DNA of 64,000 nucleotides from Macrostomum lignano (lineage: Eukaryota): contig NIVC01000131.1 of NCBI GenBank assembly GCA_002269645.1, forward strand, positions 223,881 to 287,880, given 5' to 3'. Position 1 is the stretch's first letter. The number at the start of each line of letters is the position of its first letter. Below, in pieces: positions 63,975-64,000 of the stretch. Position numbers and translations under genes: made by a program. The notes under the pieces were generated by a model that was given only the letters and a program-made list of their open reading frames with translations, had not been told where the DNA came from and made no database searches.

Positions 63975-64000
63975 TAAGATGTCTTTAATTGGGTCATTGC

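Overview
Eukaryotic (animal) nuclear DNA with the standard code and GT-AG introns. There is no CRISPR array, rRNA or intact tRNA. The dense 19-51 bp minisatellites, GC-rich exons and operon-like gene spacing suggest a free-living flatworm such as Macrostomum; this is an inference, not a database result. Seven host genes are supported: a DUF1294/YsdA-like membrane protein, DeSI2, CPSF3, mitochondrial aspartate aminotransferase GOT2, a secreted WAP-domain protein, an intronless Cys-loop anion channel, and PABPC (runs off the window end and carries probable consensus indels). Mobile DNA comprises one young intact Mag-type Ty3/Gypsy LTR element inserted in a satellite, a decayed Gypsy, two mariner relics, a Merlin deletion derivative, hAT- and Harbinger-like MITEs, and a 3.9 kb non-autonomous Helitron made mostly of a 23-bp satellite downstream of a tRNA-derived segment. 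About 24 distinct tandem arrays occur, and most mid-sized introns are filled by their own array. Most long ORFs in the track are artefacts of stop-free repeat units. Exon and element boundaries were read by eye; array edges are approximate.
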